From Candidatus Latescibacterota bacterium (GTDB lineage: Bacteria; Latescibacterota; UBA2968; GCA-2709665), in the NCBI GenBank assembly GCA_963667175.2, contig CAXXXF010000013.1, forward strand, positions 160,001 through 224,000: a stretch of 64,000 bases of DNA. The letters run 5' to 3'. The notes beneath the pieces were generated by a model. The model searched no databases and had not been told where the DNA came from. It saw only the letters and a program-made list of their open reading frames with translations. The position numbers were made by a program, and so were the translations under genes. Every line of letters starts with the position of its first letter. The stretch's first letter is position 1. Shown here piece after piece: positions 48,668-59,372 of the stretch.

Positions 48668-49954
48668 TCAACGTGAGCGGGGCCCGGTATCGGGCAGGTC
48701 CGGCATCACCTCGTTCGCCGTTATCTGCTCAAGCGTCTGTCGTTTCCGAATCAGGCGCAGCGTTCCGTCGGGGGCCTGCAGTACCTCAGCGGCCTCGGGA
48801 AACGAATTGTAATTCTTCGACGCCATGCCCGAACAGTACGCGCCGGACCCGCCCACCGCCAGCAGATCGCCGATCCTCGCTTCGGCAAGCAGGCGGGGTC
48901 GCAATCCTTCGGGATCTCCAGGGGCCGGCGTCAGCACATCCCCGCTTTCGCAGCAATGTCCTGCAACCAGATATTCTCTCTGCCGCCGCGACCCCGGCTG
49001 CGCGGGCACGGTCATGATCGGGTGCTGCGCACCGTAAAGGCTGATGCGCAACAGCTCGGTCATACCGGCATCCACCTTCAAGAACTCGTACCCGTCCCTG
49101 CCCGTATCGACACAGTCGATCACCGAACAGATCAGCGCTCCCGCATTGGCCACCAGAAAGGTGCCGGGTTCGACCTCCAGCCGAAGCCTGCGCCCATGAT
49201 CGCTCCGAAAGGCCCGAAACGCTTCCATAACATGCGTTCCGATCCTCTTCAGGTCGGTAGACGCCTCCCCTGGCATACGTCCTACCTTGAATCCGCCTCC
49301 GAGGCTGAGCACCTCCACCTTCGGCAGCCTGGCGGCGATGCGCAGAGAAATCATCGCGCAGTGTTCCCAGACCTCGGGATCGTTTCCAGAACCGATGTGG
49401 GTATGCATACCCGAAATCCGCAAGTTGCAGACCCTGGCGATAGCCAGCACGTCATCCAGATGCTCGTGCCAGATTCCGAAACTGGCGGATGGACCGCCGA
49501 CATTGGTTTTCTTGCTATGGCCCGATCCCAGACCGGGGTTCATTCGTACGGTCAGGGAACATCCCGGAAACAGTTCCCCGTAGTCCCGCAACTGCTGCAG
49601 AGAACAGGCATTGAATCTGACGCCCTGTTTCACCAGGCTTTCCAGATTTTCGGGCGTACGCTGTGCCGTAAGCTGGATCTGCCCTGGAGGCACGCCGGCC
49701 CGCATGGCCCGCTCCGCTTCGTAACCGCTGCTGGCATCGATGTGCAACCCCGCCCGGTTGAGTATTCGCACAACCGCCGCTGTCGGTAACGCCTTCATTG
49801 CGTACCGGGCGGTCAATCCAAAGGCATGCGGAAAATCCAGCACGTCACTCGCCCGGGCTTCCAATGTCGCCTGATCATAGACGAAGACAGGCGTGCCGAA
49901 CCGGCGCCCGATCTCACGGATTTTTTCCTCGGTCAAGAACGCAAGCTGATCCAT
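48668..49954 (-). CDS. lysA: Diaminopimelate decarboxylase
   Basis: FGTP, YAMKA, H.HIGSG, LGGG, EPG, CESGD, GAYC, YNS. Confidence 0.92.
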   Translation of the reverse strand: MDQLAFLTEEKIREIGRRFGTPVFVYDQATLEARASDVLDFPHAFGLTARYAMKALPTAAVVRILNRAGLHIDASSGYEAERAMRAGVPPGQIQLTAQRTPENLESLVKQGVRFNACSLQQLRDYGELFPGCSLTVRMNPGLGSGHSKKTNVGGPSASFGIWHEHLDDVLAIARVCNLRISGMHTHIGSGNDPEVWEHCAMISLRIAARLPKVEVLSLGGGFKVGRMPGEASTDLKRIGTHVMEAFRAFRSDHGRRLRLEVEPGTFLVANAGALICSVIDCVDTGRDGYEFLKVDAGMTELLRISLYGAQHPIMTVPAQPGSRRQREYLVAGHCCESGDVLTPAPGDPEGLRPRLLAEARIGDLLAVGGSGAYCSGMASKNYNSFPEAAEVLQAPDGTLRLIRKRQTLEQITANEVMPDLPDTGPRSR

Positions 49955-49967
49955 CTTCGCTCCCTGA

Positions 49968-50127
49968 CAGTCCGTTGAAAAAGTCGCTCTGCAGGCGAGG
50001 CCGAGTCATTGTGGCCGAAGGCAAGGCGCGCGACCGACGCGAATCCCCGGATTCGGGGAGGGAGCGCAACGCCGTATCTCGATCACAAGGGCCGGGCGCA
50101 GCCCGGATGGACTTTTTCAACGGGCTG
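49968..50127. mobile_element. MITE family B copy 2 (160 bp), CTGA duplication
   Basis: Same TIRs as 26754-26946; CTGA at 49964-67 and 50128-31. Confidence 0.85.
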
Positions 50128-50304
50128 CTGAGCTTCGAATTGCCGGAATTCGGCTTGACTCACTTTCCGAAAAACGGAATATTGATTAAATCACCTTGTG
50201 CTGCGGGCTGGTCTGCATTACGTCTGTACAATGGGAAAGCCGTGCGCCAGAAGTGCAGCAACGCACGGCCCGAGTTTTCGCAGCCCGCCGTCCGGCTTCA
50301 ACAC

Positions 50305-50390
50305 TGGTGCGGAAGGGGGGATTCGAACCCCCACGGGCAATGCCCACCAGATCCTAAATCTGACGTGTCTGCCAATTCCACCACTTCCGC
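50305..50390 (-). tRNA. tRNA-Leu (UAG)
   Basis: GCGGAAGTGGTGGAATTGGCAGACAC...TCAGA-TTTAGGA-TCTGG, long variable arm, GGTTCGAATCC, ACCA end. Confidence 0.95.
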
Positions 50391-50680
50391 ATGAAATACA
50401 GTGCGTTACCCTTCGAAATCATCCGCACTGCGCGTCATTTCCAAGCGACGTCGTGCTATAGAGCAACCGCCTAAAATAACGGGAAATACACAAAAAAGTC
50501 AACCGCTATTGTCTTCTCCTGACCGCGGTGTCGTTCCCGTCCGGCGCATGTAGACGCGGGCGCTGAGACAGCCTGCAAGGTCGTGAAACGGGACGCCCCG
50601 AGACCTTCCAGGAGTGCGTCGCCGCTGTTTTTTCAGGATGCCTCTCGTTCATTCGCGAAAACAGGCGGCGCCTTGAGAAC

Positions 50681-53053
50681 ATGAACTCGCATCAGTCACA
50701 TCCTGTATCTGCACCCTGGAAGGCGATTCACCGCGCTTCCGGCGCGCTTCTGCTCCTGGCGTCGCTTCTGGTCAGTACGGCGCTTGCGCGGACGGCGCCC
50801 GGGCCGACTCGCGTCCGTCCGGCGGCAATCGCGATGGATTCGATGCTCTACGAGTATTCAGCCGACCGGGTTGAGGACGACGTTGCAGCGGGTCGCGTCG
50901 TCTTCACGGGAAACGTCGTCGTCAAATACAGGGACGTGGAACTGCGCGCCGGTCGTATCGTCCTGTACCGGGATGCGAAGCGCCTGGAGGCCGAGGCTCT
51001 GCCGGATTCCTCCGGGGCGAAAACCATAGGAATGCCCGAGTTCGTCCGTGGCAGCGAACGGTTCACCGGTTCGTCGATGGTCTACAACCTGGAGACCGGC
51101 CGCGGCCGGGTGCAAGGAGGCCGGGCCCGTCACCGGCGTCGATATTATCGGGGCGAGCGGATCCTCCTCGATCGCCGGCGTGAACTTCACGCCCGTGCGA
51201 TTTCCATGTCCTCCTGCGACAAAGACCACACCCACTACGACTTTCTGTGCCAGGCGCTGAAGGTGGTTGAGAACGACAAGGCCATTGCGCGCTCCGTTAC
51301 CTTTCGCGTCGGTCCGGTCCCCTTGATGTGGCTGCCGTTCTACGTCTTTCCGCTCACGCAGGGCCGGCGTTCCGGCATTCTGACCCCCCGCGTCGGCAGC
51401 AACAGCCGCGACGGCGTAACCGTAAGCAATATCGGCTACTATTGGGCGCCGAGCGACTATTGGGACGCCACGTTGAAGACGGCCCTGCGGGAGCGCAACG
51501 GTTTCCTCTTTGACGCGGGCATCGACTACGCCGTGCGCAGACGACTCAGCGGCTACGTGAATCTTTCCTTTGAGCGGGGCCGGCGGCCGTCGGGTGATTC
51601 GCATCGTGCCTGGCGTTTGAACTTCCACCATCAGCACCGCCTGAATCCGACGCTCAACATGAGAGCCAGGGGGGACTTTACGAACAGCTCCAGTTTCGAC
51701 CTTCACAATTCCAACAACCTCTATCGTTATCTGAATCGACAACTCAGGTCGTCCTTTTCCATGGACAAGCGCTGGACGGAAGCCAGGAGGAGCTTGGATA
51801 TCAATCTCAACTACTACCGGGACCTCGACCAGAACCAGAACCGGTTTCAGGGATTTCCCCGCCTGTCGTTCCGCCAGGGAAGGCGTCGTGTTTTCGGCCA
51901 GCCTGAAACAACGCGGGAAGCCCAATGGTACCACGCGTTCTACTACGACCTTTCCGGCGGCCTGACCAATGCCTTCACACGCAATGAGGACCCGTCGGAC
52001 AACACGCGCAATCTGACTCTCAACTCCCGTCTCGGGCTCAGCAGCCAGCACCGCCCGTTCGGATGGCTGGATCTCGCTCATCGAGTCAACGTCAGTCAGA
52101 CCTCCTCGCGTCTGAACCCGGATGCGCGCACGCGCCGGGAGTCCTACAACGCCAGTCTCGCCGCAGGTACCGCGCTGTATGGCATCTTTAAGCCACGCGT
52201 TGGACGGTTGAGGGGTATCCGGCACCGGTTTCAGCCGCAGATCGACTTCAGGTATTCCCAGAGCGCGAGGGTCGAGGGAGCCACTCTGGGCTTTCACGGC
52301 CGCCGGGACTGGAACGACCCCAGGCGAACCCTCAATATGCGGCTCAACAACACAATCGAAATCAAGACCGAGGTGGACGACAAAGTGCGGCGATCCACGT
52401 TCGCCACGGCGAGTTTCTCTACCGGGTACGACTTCGACACCAACCCGATGCGGCGATGGCGCGATCTGCGCACGTCAGCTTCGATAAAGCCGGCCCGCCG
52501 GATAGACGTTCGCCTGAATACGTCCCACACGTTTTACGACGAGGCGGACCGTCTGATCCTGCATCGCCCTCGACTTCGCAGCCTCACCGTCAACACCAGT
52601 CTTCGCTTCAGCGGCCGGACCGATCGGGGATCCGATTCGCTCCGGACCCACAGATCCATGCTGCCCTCTGCCGGTACAGGCTTTAATTTTGAAGACGACC
52701 TCTACAGAGACTTCGGCGACGTCACACAACCGTGGCATTTCAACCTCGGACACTATTTCAGCCATCGGGAGTCTTTTGCCGCGGGCTTCGGATCCACGAA
52801 GCGCTCGTGGTTGAAGGCAGATCTGGCCCTGAATCCCACGCGCGCCTGGCGCGTCAACTACTCCGTCAACTTTGATCCGATAAACACGCGGCTTATCTCT
52901 CAGTCCGTCTATGTCTACAGGGACCTTCACTGCTGGCAAGCCACGTTCAGCTGGTATCCCACGGGCTTTAACAAGGGATTCCACTTCAAGCTCAATATCA
53001 AGGAGTTCCCCCAGATCAAACTGGAACATCGCCGGGGCGGTTTCGGGCTGTGA
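50681..53053 (+). CDS. lptD: LPS assembly protein LptD-like
   Basis: N-terminal OstA-like (YSAD, GNVVVKY), RRSGIL.P, GYYW, C-terminal RDLHCW barrel motif. Confidence 0.85.
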   Translation: MNSHQSHPVSAPWKAIHRASGALLLLASLLVSTALARTAPGPTRVRPAAIAMDSMLYEYSADRVEDDVAAGRVVFTGNVVVKYRDVELRAGRIVLYRDAKRLEAEALPDSSGAKTIGMPEFVRGSERFTGSSMVYNLETGRGRVQGGRARHRRRYYRGERILLDRRRELHARAISMSSCDKDHTHYDFLCQALKVVENDKAIARSVTFRVGPVPLMWLPFYVFPLTQGRRSGILTPRVGSNSRDGVTVSNIGYYWAPSDYWDATLKTALRERNGFLFDAGIDYAVRRRLSGYVNLSFERGRRPSGDSHRAWRLNFHHQHRLNPTLNMRARGDFTNSSSFDLHNSNNLYRYLNRQLRSSFSMDKRWTEARRSLDINLNYYRDLDQNQNRFQGFPRLSFRQGRRRVFGQPETTREAQWYHAFYYDLSGGLTNAFTRNEDPSDNTRNLTLNSRLGLSSQHRPFGWLDLAHRVNVSQTSSRLNPDARTRRESYNASLAAGTALYGIFKPRVGRLRGIRHRFQPQIDFRYSQSARVEGATLGFHGRRDWNDPRRTLNMRLNNTIEIKTEVDDKVRRSTFATASFSTGYDFDTNPMRRWRDLRTSASIKPARRIDVRLNTSHTFYDEADRLILHRPRLRSLTVNTSLRFSGRTDRGSDSLRTHRSMLPSAGTGFNFEDDLYRDFGDVTQPWHFNLGHYFSHRESFAAGFGSTKRSWLKADLALNPTRAWRVNYSVNFDPINTRLISQSVYVYRDLHCWQATFSWYPTGFNKGFHFKLNIKEFPQIKLEHRRGGFGL

Positions 53054-53248
53054 GAACGGCCGTCAGGAAACCGGATCCGGCCGCGCCGTCCAGCGTTCCG
53101 GTGTCCGGTTTTGCGGCGCGTTCTTTCGCTTGCTTCGCCCTCGTGAATCGGCTAAATTAGACATTGGCATGACGGCTTGTGCCGCGTGTCGCGAATTTTC
53201 TTACACAACCCACCTGATGGTGGTATTTTTCGAATTCCGGGAACCAGG

Positions 53249-53686
53249 GTGCGCGCGCTTGTACAACGGGTCAGTCGTTCCGCGGTGTCCATCAACGGGC
53301 AGCTCAGCGCCGAAATCGGCCGGGGGATGCTGATTCTTCTGGGTGTCGGTCGGCAGGACGCTCCCGCCAACGTTCAGTACCTGGCCGAAAAGTGCATCCA
53401 CCTTCGAATATTCGGAGACGAGCAGGGAAAGATGAACCGTTCCCTCGTCGACGTCGGCGGGCAGGCCCTGGTTGTCTCGCAGTTCACGCTCTATGGCGAC
53501 ACCCGGAAGGGCCGCCGTCCCGGCTATTCAGGTGCGGCCCCTCCCGGGATGGCCGAGGCGTATTATAACGATTTCGTGGACGCGTTGCGCAGCCGGGGTG
53601 TGTCCGTACGCACGGGGCGGTTCGGCGCCAACATGCAGGTTGAGATTCACAACGACGGCCCCGTCACCTTCTTGATAGAAACCTAG
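53249..53686 (+). CDS. dtd: D-aminoacyl-tRNA deacylase
   Basis: MRALVQRV, SQFTL, KGRRP, NDGPVT. Confidence 0.95.
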   Translation: MRALVQRVSRSAVSINGQLSAEIGRGMLILLGVGRQDAPANVQYLAEKCIHLRIFGDEQGKMNRSLVDVGGQALVVSQFTLYGDTRKGRRPGYSGAAPPGMAEAYYNDFVDALRSRGVSVRTGRFGANMQVEIHNDGPVTFLIET

Positions 53687-53737
53687 GAAGCGGAGCTTCG
53701 CCGTCGCGCGGCCGTACCGGGCAATACCCTTCCCATC

Positions 53738-54343
53738 ATGAAAAGACTCATCCTGGCCTCAGCATCACCAAGGCGGTCCGACCTTCTGCGTCTTCTCGGC
53801 ATGTCCTTTGACGTTGTGCCGAGCAACGTTTCGGAAAACCTGGACCGATCGATTCCACCCGCCGACTACGTCCGCGAAATCTCCAGTCGAAAGGCGCGGG
53901 CGGTCGCCACCAACTTTCACGAGGAAATCGTCCTTGGCGCCGACACCGTTGTCGTGCTGGAAGGCGACATTCTAGAAAAGCCGGCAGGGGAAGACGAAGC
54001 GGTACAAATGCTGGGCAGACTCTCAGGAAAGACGCACCGTGTATATACCGGCCTGGCGTTGATCGATACCGGGTCCGGTCGTTCTCTCCAGGACGTTGCC
54101 GTCACGGATGTCTCCATGAGACCGATCACACCTGAGGAGATCCGGCAGTACGTTCAGACGCGGGAACCCATGGACAAGGCGGGCGCGTACGCGGTTCAGG
54201 GCAAGGCGGCAGCGTTCGTTCACTCCATCTCCGGCTGTTTCTACAATGTGGTGGGGTTGCCGCTTTCGCTCTTCTGCTCACTCCTCGAACGCATGGTGGG
54301 CGCGTCATCGTTGATGGTTGCCGCCGGACAACGCAAGGACTGA
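53738..54343 (+). CDS. maf: Maf family nucleoside triphosphate pyrophosphatase
   Basis: LILASASPRR, GADTVV, DKAGAY, NVVGLP. Confidence 0.93.
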   Translation: MKRLILASASPRRSDLLRLLGMSFDVVPSNVSENLDRSIPPADYVREISSRKARAVATNFHEEIVLGADTVVVLEGDILEKPAGEDEAVQMLGRLSGKTHRVYTGLALIDTGSGRSLQDVAVTDVSMRPITPEEIRQYVQTREPMDKAGAYAVQGKAAAFVHSISGCFYNVVGLPLSLFCSLLERMVGASSLMVAAGQRKD

Positions 54344-54357
54344 TTTCGGAGCCTTTC

Positions 54358-55260
54358 ATGCGGGAATTCGCTTCAGAGTTGAGGACCCATCGTGAAGCCA
54401 GCGGGATGTCACTGGAAGAGTTGTTCGACCGGACGCGGATCAACCCGGAGTATCTCCGCGCTATTGAAACCGGCAACTTCGACATTCTTCCGGAAATCTA
54501 TGTTCGACTCTTCCTGAAAAAATACGCACAGGAAGTCGGCCTCGACGTCGAGGAGACCCTGGGCAAATACGAAAGAGTCAGGCCCTTACCGGATTCCGGT
54601 CAGACTGCTGTGCGCCGACCGCGCGACCGTTCCCTGCCTCTCGGACGCATCCTGGCGATTCTGAGCGTGCTGACGCTCGTTGTGGTTATCGCGTACGTTT
54701 TCCTCAGGCAAGATTCGACTTCCGCGCCGGAGGTCGTGACGGAAACGCCGACGTCGGGGAACGTCGTACCGTCGACGACGTCCGCACCGGAACCTTCAAC
54801 GGCGCCGGAGCCCGTGATCCCTCCTGAAGCGGCCACCGGCCACGTCGCCGCAGCGAAGCCGGAATCCCTTTCTGCTCCGCCACAGGAGCCGGACAATACG
54901 CTGAACTCCCTACACGGCGAACAGGTGGTGTCGTCCTATTCGCTTTCGCAGCAGTATTCGGGCATTTGGGAAGACGAAATCATCCTGTCCGCTCGTGCGC
55001 TGTTGGACACCAGGATGAGCGTCTTCAGCGACGGTGATTCCTCCTTTGAAGGGGGCCTGCTGTCCGGTACCAGCCGCCAGTGGACCGCACGCGATCGGTT
55101 CCGTGTGGAAATTGAAGACCCCGCAGCCGTCACCCTCTCCCTGCAGGACAAGCCCGTTTCCCTACCTGCAAAACACGGCCGCAAGCACCGTCTGTTCATC
55201 TCCCGATCCACCATTTGGGTTGAAGAGATTGAATCCGTGGCCCAGCCCCCCGTGCGTTGA
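54358..55260 (+). CDS. RodZ-like HTH membrane protein
   Basis: N-terminal HTH (TRINPEYLRAIETG..LP..YVR.FLKKYA), single TM, Pro/Thr linker, C-terminal beta domain. Confidence 0.8.
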   Translation: MREFASELRTHREASGMSLEELFDRTRINPEYLRAIETGNFDILPEIYVRLFLKKYAQEVGLDVEETLGKYERVRPLPDSGQTAVRRPRDRSLPLGRILAILSVLTLVVVIAYVFLRQDSTSAPEVVTETPTSGNVVPSTTSAPEPSTAPEPVIPPEAATGHVAAAKPESLSAPPQEPDNTLNSLHGEQVVSSYSLSQQYSGIWEDEIILSARALLDTRMSVFSDGDSSFEGGLLSGTSRQWTARDRFRVEIEDPAAVTLSLQDKPVSLPAKHGRKHRLFISRSTIWVEEIESVAQPPVR

Positions 55261-55267
55261 TCCGTCA

Positions 55268-57697
55268 ATGGATTCAAACTACGCGCAAATTGTTCCCCTT
55301 GCCACGCCGATCGACAGGGAGATGACGTATCGGATTCCCGACGACCTGAGACAGCAGATTCAAGTCGGAAACAGGGCGCTTGTTCCGCTGGGGCCCAGGT
55401 GGACGACAGGCATCGTCGTCGGTTTTCAAGACACGACCGACCTGGAAAACGTCAAGTCTATCGGCATTCTGCTCGACCCCTATCCCGTCGTCTCTCCGGG
55501 CGTTCTCGACCTCTGCCGTTGGATGGCGGGTTATTATGTCTGCACCTTGTCCGAAGTGCTTACGGCCGCCCTTCCCTCCGGCATCCATACCCATAGCGGA
55601 CAACGCATAGCCGTCAACGCCCTCAATGGCGCCGGTCGCGATGCGATAACACCCGGCCAACGGCAGGTGCTCGACCACCTGCAGTCGCGGGGCCCGGCCA
55701 GCCTCCGCCAGCTGCAGCTTCGTCTGCGCGGGAATGGGGTCCGCAGTGCCGTCTACGGTCTGATTCGACGGGGCATGCTCACAACCCATCAGATCATCGA
55801 AGATCCCCGGGTCAGGCCCAAACGGGAGCGCGTCGTTCAACTGGTGCCTGATGCGCGGTGGTTCGAAGTGGAATGGCCCGCTCTGAAACGCAGGGCGCCC
55901 CGACAGGCGGAATGTCTCACGCGTCTTCGGGCATGCGGGGGCGCGATGCCCGCTGCCGCACTCAGCCGCGCGGGGATCGCGGCGGGCATCCTCAAAGCGC
56001 TGGCCGGCCGCAGACTGGTCCGGATCTTCCAGCGGGAAGTCCGGCGTGATCCATACGCGGACGTGGCGTCCGCTACTCCCGAACGGTTTACGCTCACCGG
56101 GGATCAGAAGAAAGCGATAGAGCAAATCCAGGAGTCACTCACGCCCCCCAAATTCAGTTCCTTTCTTCTTCACGGAGTGACCGGCAGCGGCAAGACGCTG
56201 GTCTACATCCGGGCTGTCGACCATGTTCTGAGATCCGGTCTTGGCGCATTGATTCTGGTACCCGAGATTTCGCTTACCCCTCAGACCGTGCGCCGCTTCA
56301 GAGCCCATTTCGGCGACCGGGTTGCCGTTCTCCACAGCGCACTGTCGGAAAGCGAACGCTACGACGCCTGGCGGGACGTCCGCGAGGGGAACCGGACGAT
56401 TGTCATCGGCGCTCGATCCGCCGTCTTCGCGCCAGTTTCGAACCTTGGTCTTATTGTTGTGGACGAGGAACATGATGGCGCTTACAAGCAGTCGGAGCCG
56501 GCGCCCCGTTACAATGCGCGCGATGTTGCGGTGATGCGTGCAAAAATGGAAAATATCCCTGTCATTCTGGGCTCGGCGACGCCCGCGCTCGAGTCCTTTC
56601 ACAACGTGGACACCAAAAAATTCCATCTGCTTACCCTGCCCGAACGGATCGACTCCCGCCCCCTGCCCGAAGTCATCCTGGTCGATATGAAGAAGGAGAG
56701 CGGCGGGCTCTTTTCCCGGGTCCTGAGGGAAAAACTCAGGGATCGCCTGAATAGAAGGGAGCGGGTCATCCTGCTGCAAAACCGAAGAGGTTATGCTCCC
56801 TTCGTCCAATGTCAGGATTGTGGTGAAAGCGTACAATGCCCGAATTGCAGGGTCACGCTCACGTACCATGCCCAGGGCCGGCGGATGTTGTGCCACTATT
56901 GCGCCTTCGATACCCCGGCGCCGTCCGTTTGCGGCGCTTGCGATGGAAACAACCTCCGGCAGTTCGGCGCAGGTACGCAACGGGTGGAAGAAGCACTTCA
57001 GGAACAGTTTCCCGACGCGCGTCTGCTTCGCATGGACGTCGATACGACCCGCCGAAAAGGGGGCCACGACCGCATCCTCGAATCCTTCAGGTTGGGACGG
57101 GCGGATATTCTGCTGGGTACGCAGATGGTCGCCAAAGGCCTGGATTTTCCCGGTGTCACCCTTGTCGGCGTCATTTCTGCAGATACCGGCATTCATCTTC
57201 CGGACTTCAGAGCCGGTGAACGCACATTTCAGTTGCTGACGCAGGTGAGCGGCCGGGCCGGACGAGGGAACTCACCGGGTGAGGTCGTCATACAGACCCA
57301 CCTGCCTGAGGGCGAAGCCGTGCGCTGCGCGCGGAAACATGATTTTCTGAAATTCGCCCGGCATGAACTCGTGGGCCGACGCAGCGTACTCTATCCGCCG
57401 TTCGGTCGGATGGCCCTGCTTCTCTTTAAAGGCAGACATGAACGGGACGTCGAACGAACCGCGGGGCTGTGCGCTGAGGCCCTGCGTGCAATGGCATTGC
57501 CGCGCGTTGACGTGATGGGACCCGCACAGGCGCCGCTTGCCCGTATCCGAAGGAACTACCGGTGGCAGGTCGTGCTTAAAACGCCCTCATCCAGACAACT
57601 GAACGTCCTCGCCCAAAGGGCCGTGCGCGAATTCGCCCGGAACCGCGGCGCCGCAGTAACCCTGGACGTGGATATCGATCCTGTTTCCATGTTGTAG
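55268..57697 (+). CDS. priA: Primosomal protein N'
   Basis: GVTGSGKT, VPEISLT, DEEH, NRRGY, four CxxC pairs, GTQMVAKGLDF, QVSGRAGR. Confidence 0.96.
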   Translation: MDSNYAQIVPLATPIDREMTYRIPDDLRQQIQVGNRALVPLGPRWTTGIVVGFQDTTDLENVKSIGILLDPYPVVSPGVLDLCRWMAGYYVCTLSEVLTAALPSGIHTHSGQRIAVNALNGAGRDAITPGQRQVLDHLQSRGPASLRQLQLRLRGNGVRSAVYGLIRRGMLTTHQIIEDPRVRPKRERVVQLVPDARWFEVEWPALKRRAPRQAECLTRLRACGGAMPAAALSRAGIAAGILKALAGRRLVRIFQREVRRDPYADVASATPERFTLTGDQKKAIEQIQESLTPPKFSSFLLHGVTGSGKTLVYIRAVDHVLRSGLGALILVPEISLTPQTVRRFRAHFGDRVAVLHSALSESERYDAWRDVREGNRTIVIGARSAVFAPVSNLGLIVVDEEHDGAYKQSEPAPRYNARDVAVMRAKMENIPVILGSATPALESFHNVDTKKFHLLTLPERIDSRPLPEVILVDMKKESGGLFSRVLREKLRDRLNRRERVILLQNRRGYAPFVQCQDCGESVQCPNCRVTLTYHAQGRRMLCHYCAFDTPAPSVCGACDGNNLRQFGAGTQRVEEALQEQFPDARLLRMDVDTTRRKGGHDRILESFRLGRADILLGTQMVAKGLDFPGVTLVGVISADTGIHLPDFRAGERTFQLLTQVSGRAGRGNSPGEVVIQTHLPEGEAVRCARKHDFLKFARHELVGRRSVLYPPFGRMALLLFKGRHERDVERTAGLCAEALRAMALPRVDVMGPAQAPLARIRRNYRWQVVLKTPSSRQLNVLAQRAVREFARNRGAAVTLDVDIDPVSML

Positions 57698-57826
57698 ACA
57701 TCCCATCCTTCCGACCCGGCGCCGCGTCGGCCTGGGCACGGATTCCGACGTGCGTTCTCCGGTTCCAGCGCGGCGCGGCGGCGGTCGTGTCCGACACCGG
57801 TGAAGTTGGATGGCCGCGATTTCTCC

Positions 57827-59314
57827 ATGCGCTTGCGTCACGTCAAATCGCTCGCAAAACACACTGCCGTCTATGGGATGGGCGACCTGCTCGGCAAGGC
57901 GACGGGCATCCTGCTGGTGCCGGTCTACGCCCGACTCCTCTCGCCTTCCGAGAACGGCGACATGGCCCTGGCGTACGCGTTTGTCAGTTTCAGCGTGCTC
58001 CTGTACGCACTGGGTCTGAACCACGCGCTCGTCCGCCATCTTTCCGTCGAGCGCGGCGCCGAAGGCGCTCGCCTCAAGTTCAGCACGGCATATTGGACAC
58101 TTCTGGTCGTCGGCATCCTTCTTTCTGTCCTCGTATGGACCTCCTCGGCGCGCCTCGCTGTTTTCTTTCTCAATTCCCCTTCCTACGCCGACGTCTTCCG
58201 GATAACCGCGGCCATTCTGCTGCTGGACACCCTTTCCGAGCCCTTTTTCACGTTGTGCAGGGTGCGGCAGCAATCCGGAATTTACGCGGCTGTCCGGTTC
58301 GTCCAGCACACATTGCAGCTTGGCCTCACCGTCTACCTGATTGCGTGGGAAGGACACGGGGTGCGTGCCATATTCTGGAGCAACCTGGCAAGCTCGACGT
58401 TTGCCTTTCTTGCCCTGTGTCCGGTGGGTTTCCGTGAACTCCGGCCCGTCTATTCGCGTGCGATCCTGTGCGAGCTTCTGCACTTTGGCCTGCCCTTCGT
58501 TCCCTCCGCCGCGGCCCTTCTGCTGATTAACCTGTCCGACCGGTTGCTTCTGAAATTTTTAATCGGCAAGGATCCCGTCGGGATCCTTCAGATCCTCTTC
58601 CGCTTTTGTCTTCCCATGCAGATGCTTACGCGCGTATTCCGCGCCGCGTGGGCGCCCGGGGTCCTTGCCATTTCGGACAGAACGGAAGCCCGCAACGTCG
58701 TTGCCCGGATGACCACGTACTTTGCCGCTGGAGCGACCCTGCTGCTGCTGGTTCTTTCCACCTTTGCCCGGGATCTCATCCTGCTGGGCTGTGGTGACAT
58801 GGCCTCCGAATACCTGCCCGCGCAGGGTGTCATCCCCATTGTAACCCTTGCATTCCTTTTGTCCGGCATTTACATTATATTGACCGCCGGCGTCTACGCG
58901 GAGGGGCGTTCACGCATGCTGCCCTTCATTGTGGGCCTGGGCGCGGGCGTCAACGTGGGACTCAACCTCCTGCTCATCCCGCGCATGGGCGTGATCGGTG
59001 CGGCCTGGAGTACGCTGGCCGCGTACGGGGTCATGGTCGTTTTCCTTTATCTCCACACCCGACGGTTTTACCCGGTCGCCTACGAATACGCCCGTCTGGG
59101 GAAGGTTGCGGTCGCCGGCGGCATCGTTTTTCTCGTCGTATCCGGAACTGTTTCCGATGCCAGCCCGTCCGGCGTCGCGACCCGGTGCATTCTGTTGCTG
59201 GCCTATCCGTTCGTCCTGTGGGGCTGGAACTTCCTTGAAGCCGGAGAGTGGGGGGAGATTCGGCAACTCTTCCGGCTGTCGACTCCGACAGGCGTAGAAC
59301 GGGACCCAACGTGA
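57827..59314 (+). CDS. Polysaccharide/oligosaccharide flippase (Wzx-like)
   Basis: Multi-TM protein, LLVPVYARLLSP, DRLLL, LIPRMGVIGAA. Confidence 0.82.
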   Translation: MRLRHVKSLAKHTAVYGMGDLLGKATGILLVPVYARLLSPSENGDMALAYAFVSFSVLLYALGLNHALVRHLSVERGAEGARLKFSTAYWTLLVVGILLSVLVWTSSARLAVFFLNSPSYADVFRITAAILLLDTLSEPFFTLCRVRQQSGIYAAVRFVQHTLQLGLTVYLIAWEGHGVRAIFWSNLASSTFAFLALCPVGFRELRPVYSRAILCELLHFGLPFVPSAAALLLINLSDRLLLKFLIGKDPVGILQILFRFCLPMQMLTRVFRAAWAPGVLAISDRTEARNVVARMTTYFAAGATLLLLVLSTFARDLILLGCGDMASEYLPAQGVIPIVTLAFLLSGIYIILTAGVYAEGRSRMLPFIVGLGAGVNVGLNLLLIPRMGVIGAAWSTLAAYGVMVVFLYLHTRRFYPVAYEYARLGKVAVAGGIVFLVVSGTVSDASPSGVATRCILLLAYPFVLWGWNFLEAGEWGEIRQLFRLSTPTGVERDPT

Positions 59315-59372
59315 GGAAAGGGCCAGGAGTTCCCTGAGGAAACCTCTGCGACAGATGAGAAACGGAGCACAC

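Noticed and set aside
50305-50390. tRNA-Leu as an island integration site
   Set aside because: No duplicated tRNA 3' end or integrase seen in the window.
50858-52297. Long antisense ORFs opposite real genes (also 29941-30750, 31046-32110, 56135-57196 and others)
   Set aside because: Shadow or alternative-frame ORFs expected in high-GC coding DNA; no motifs.
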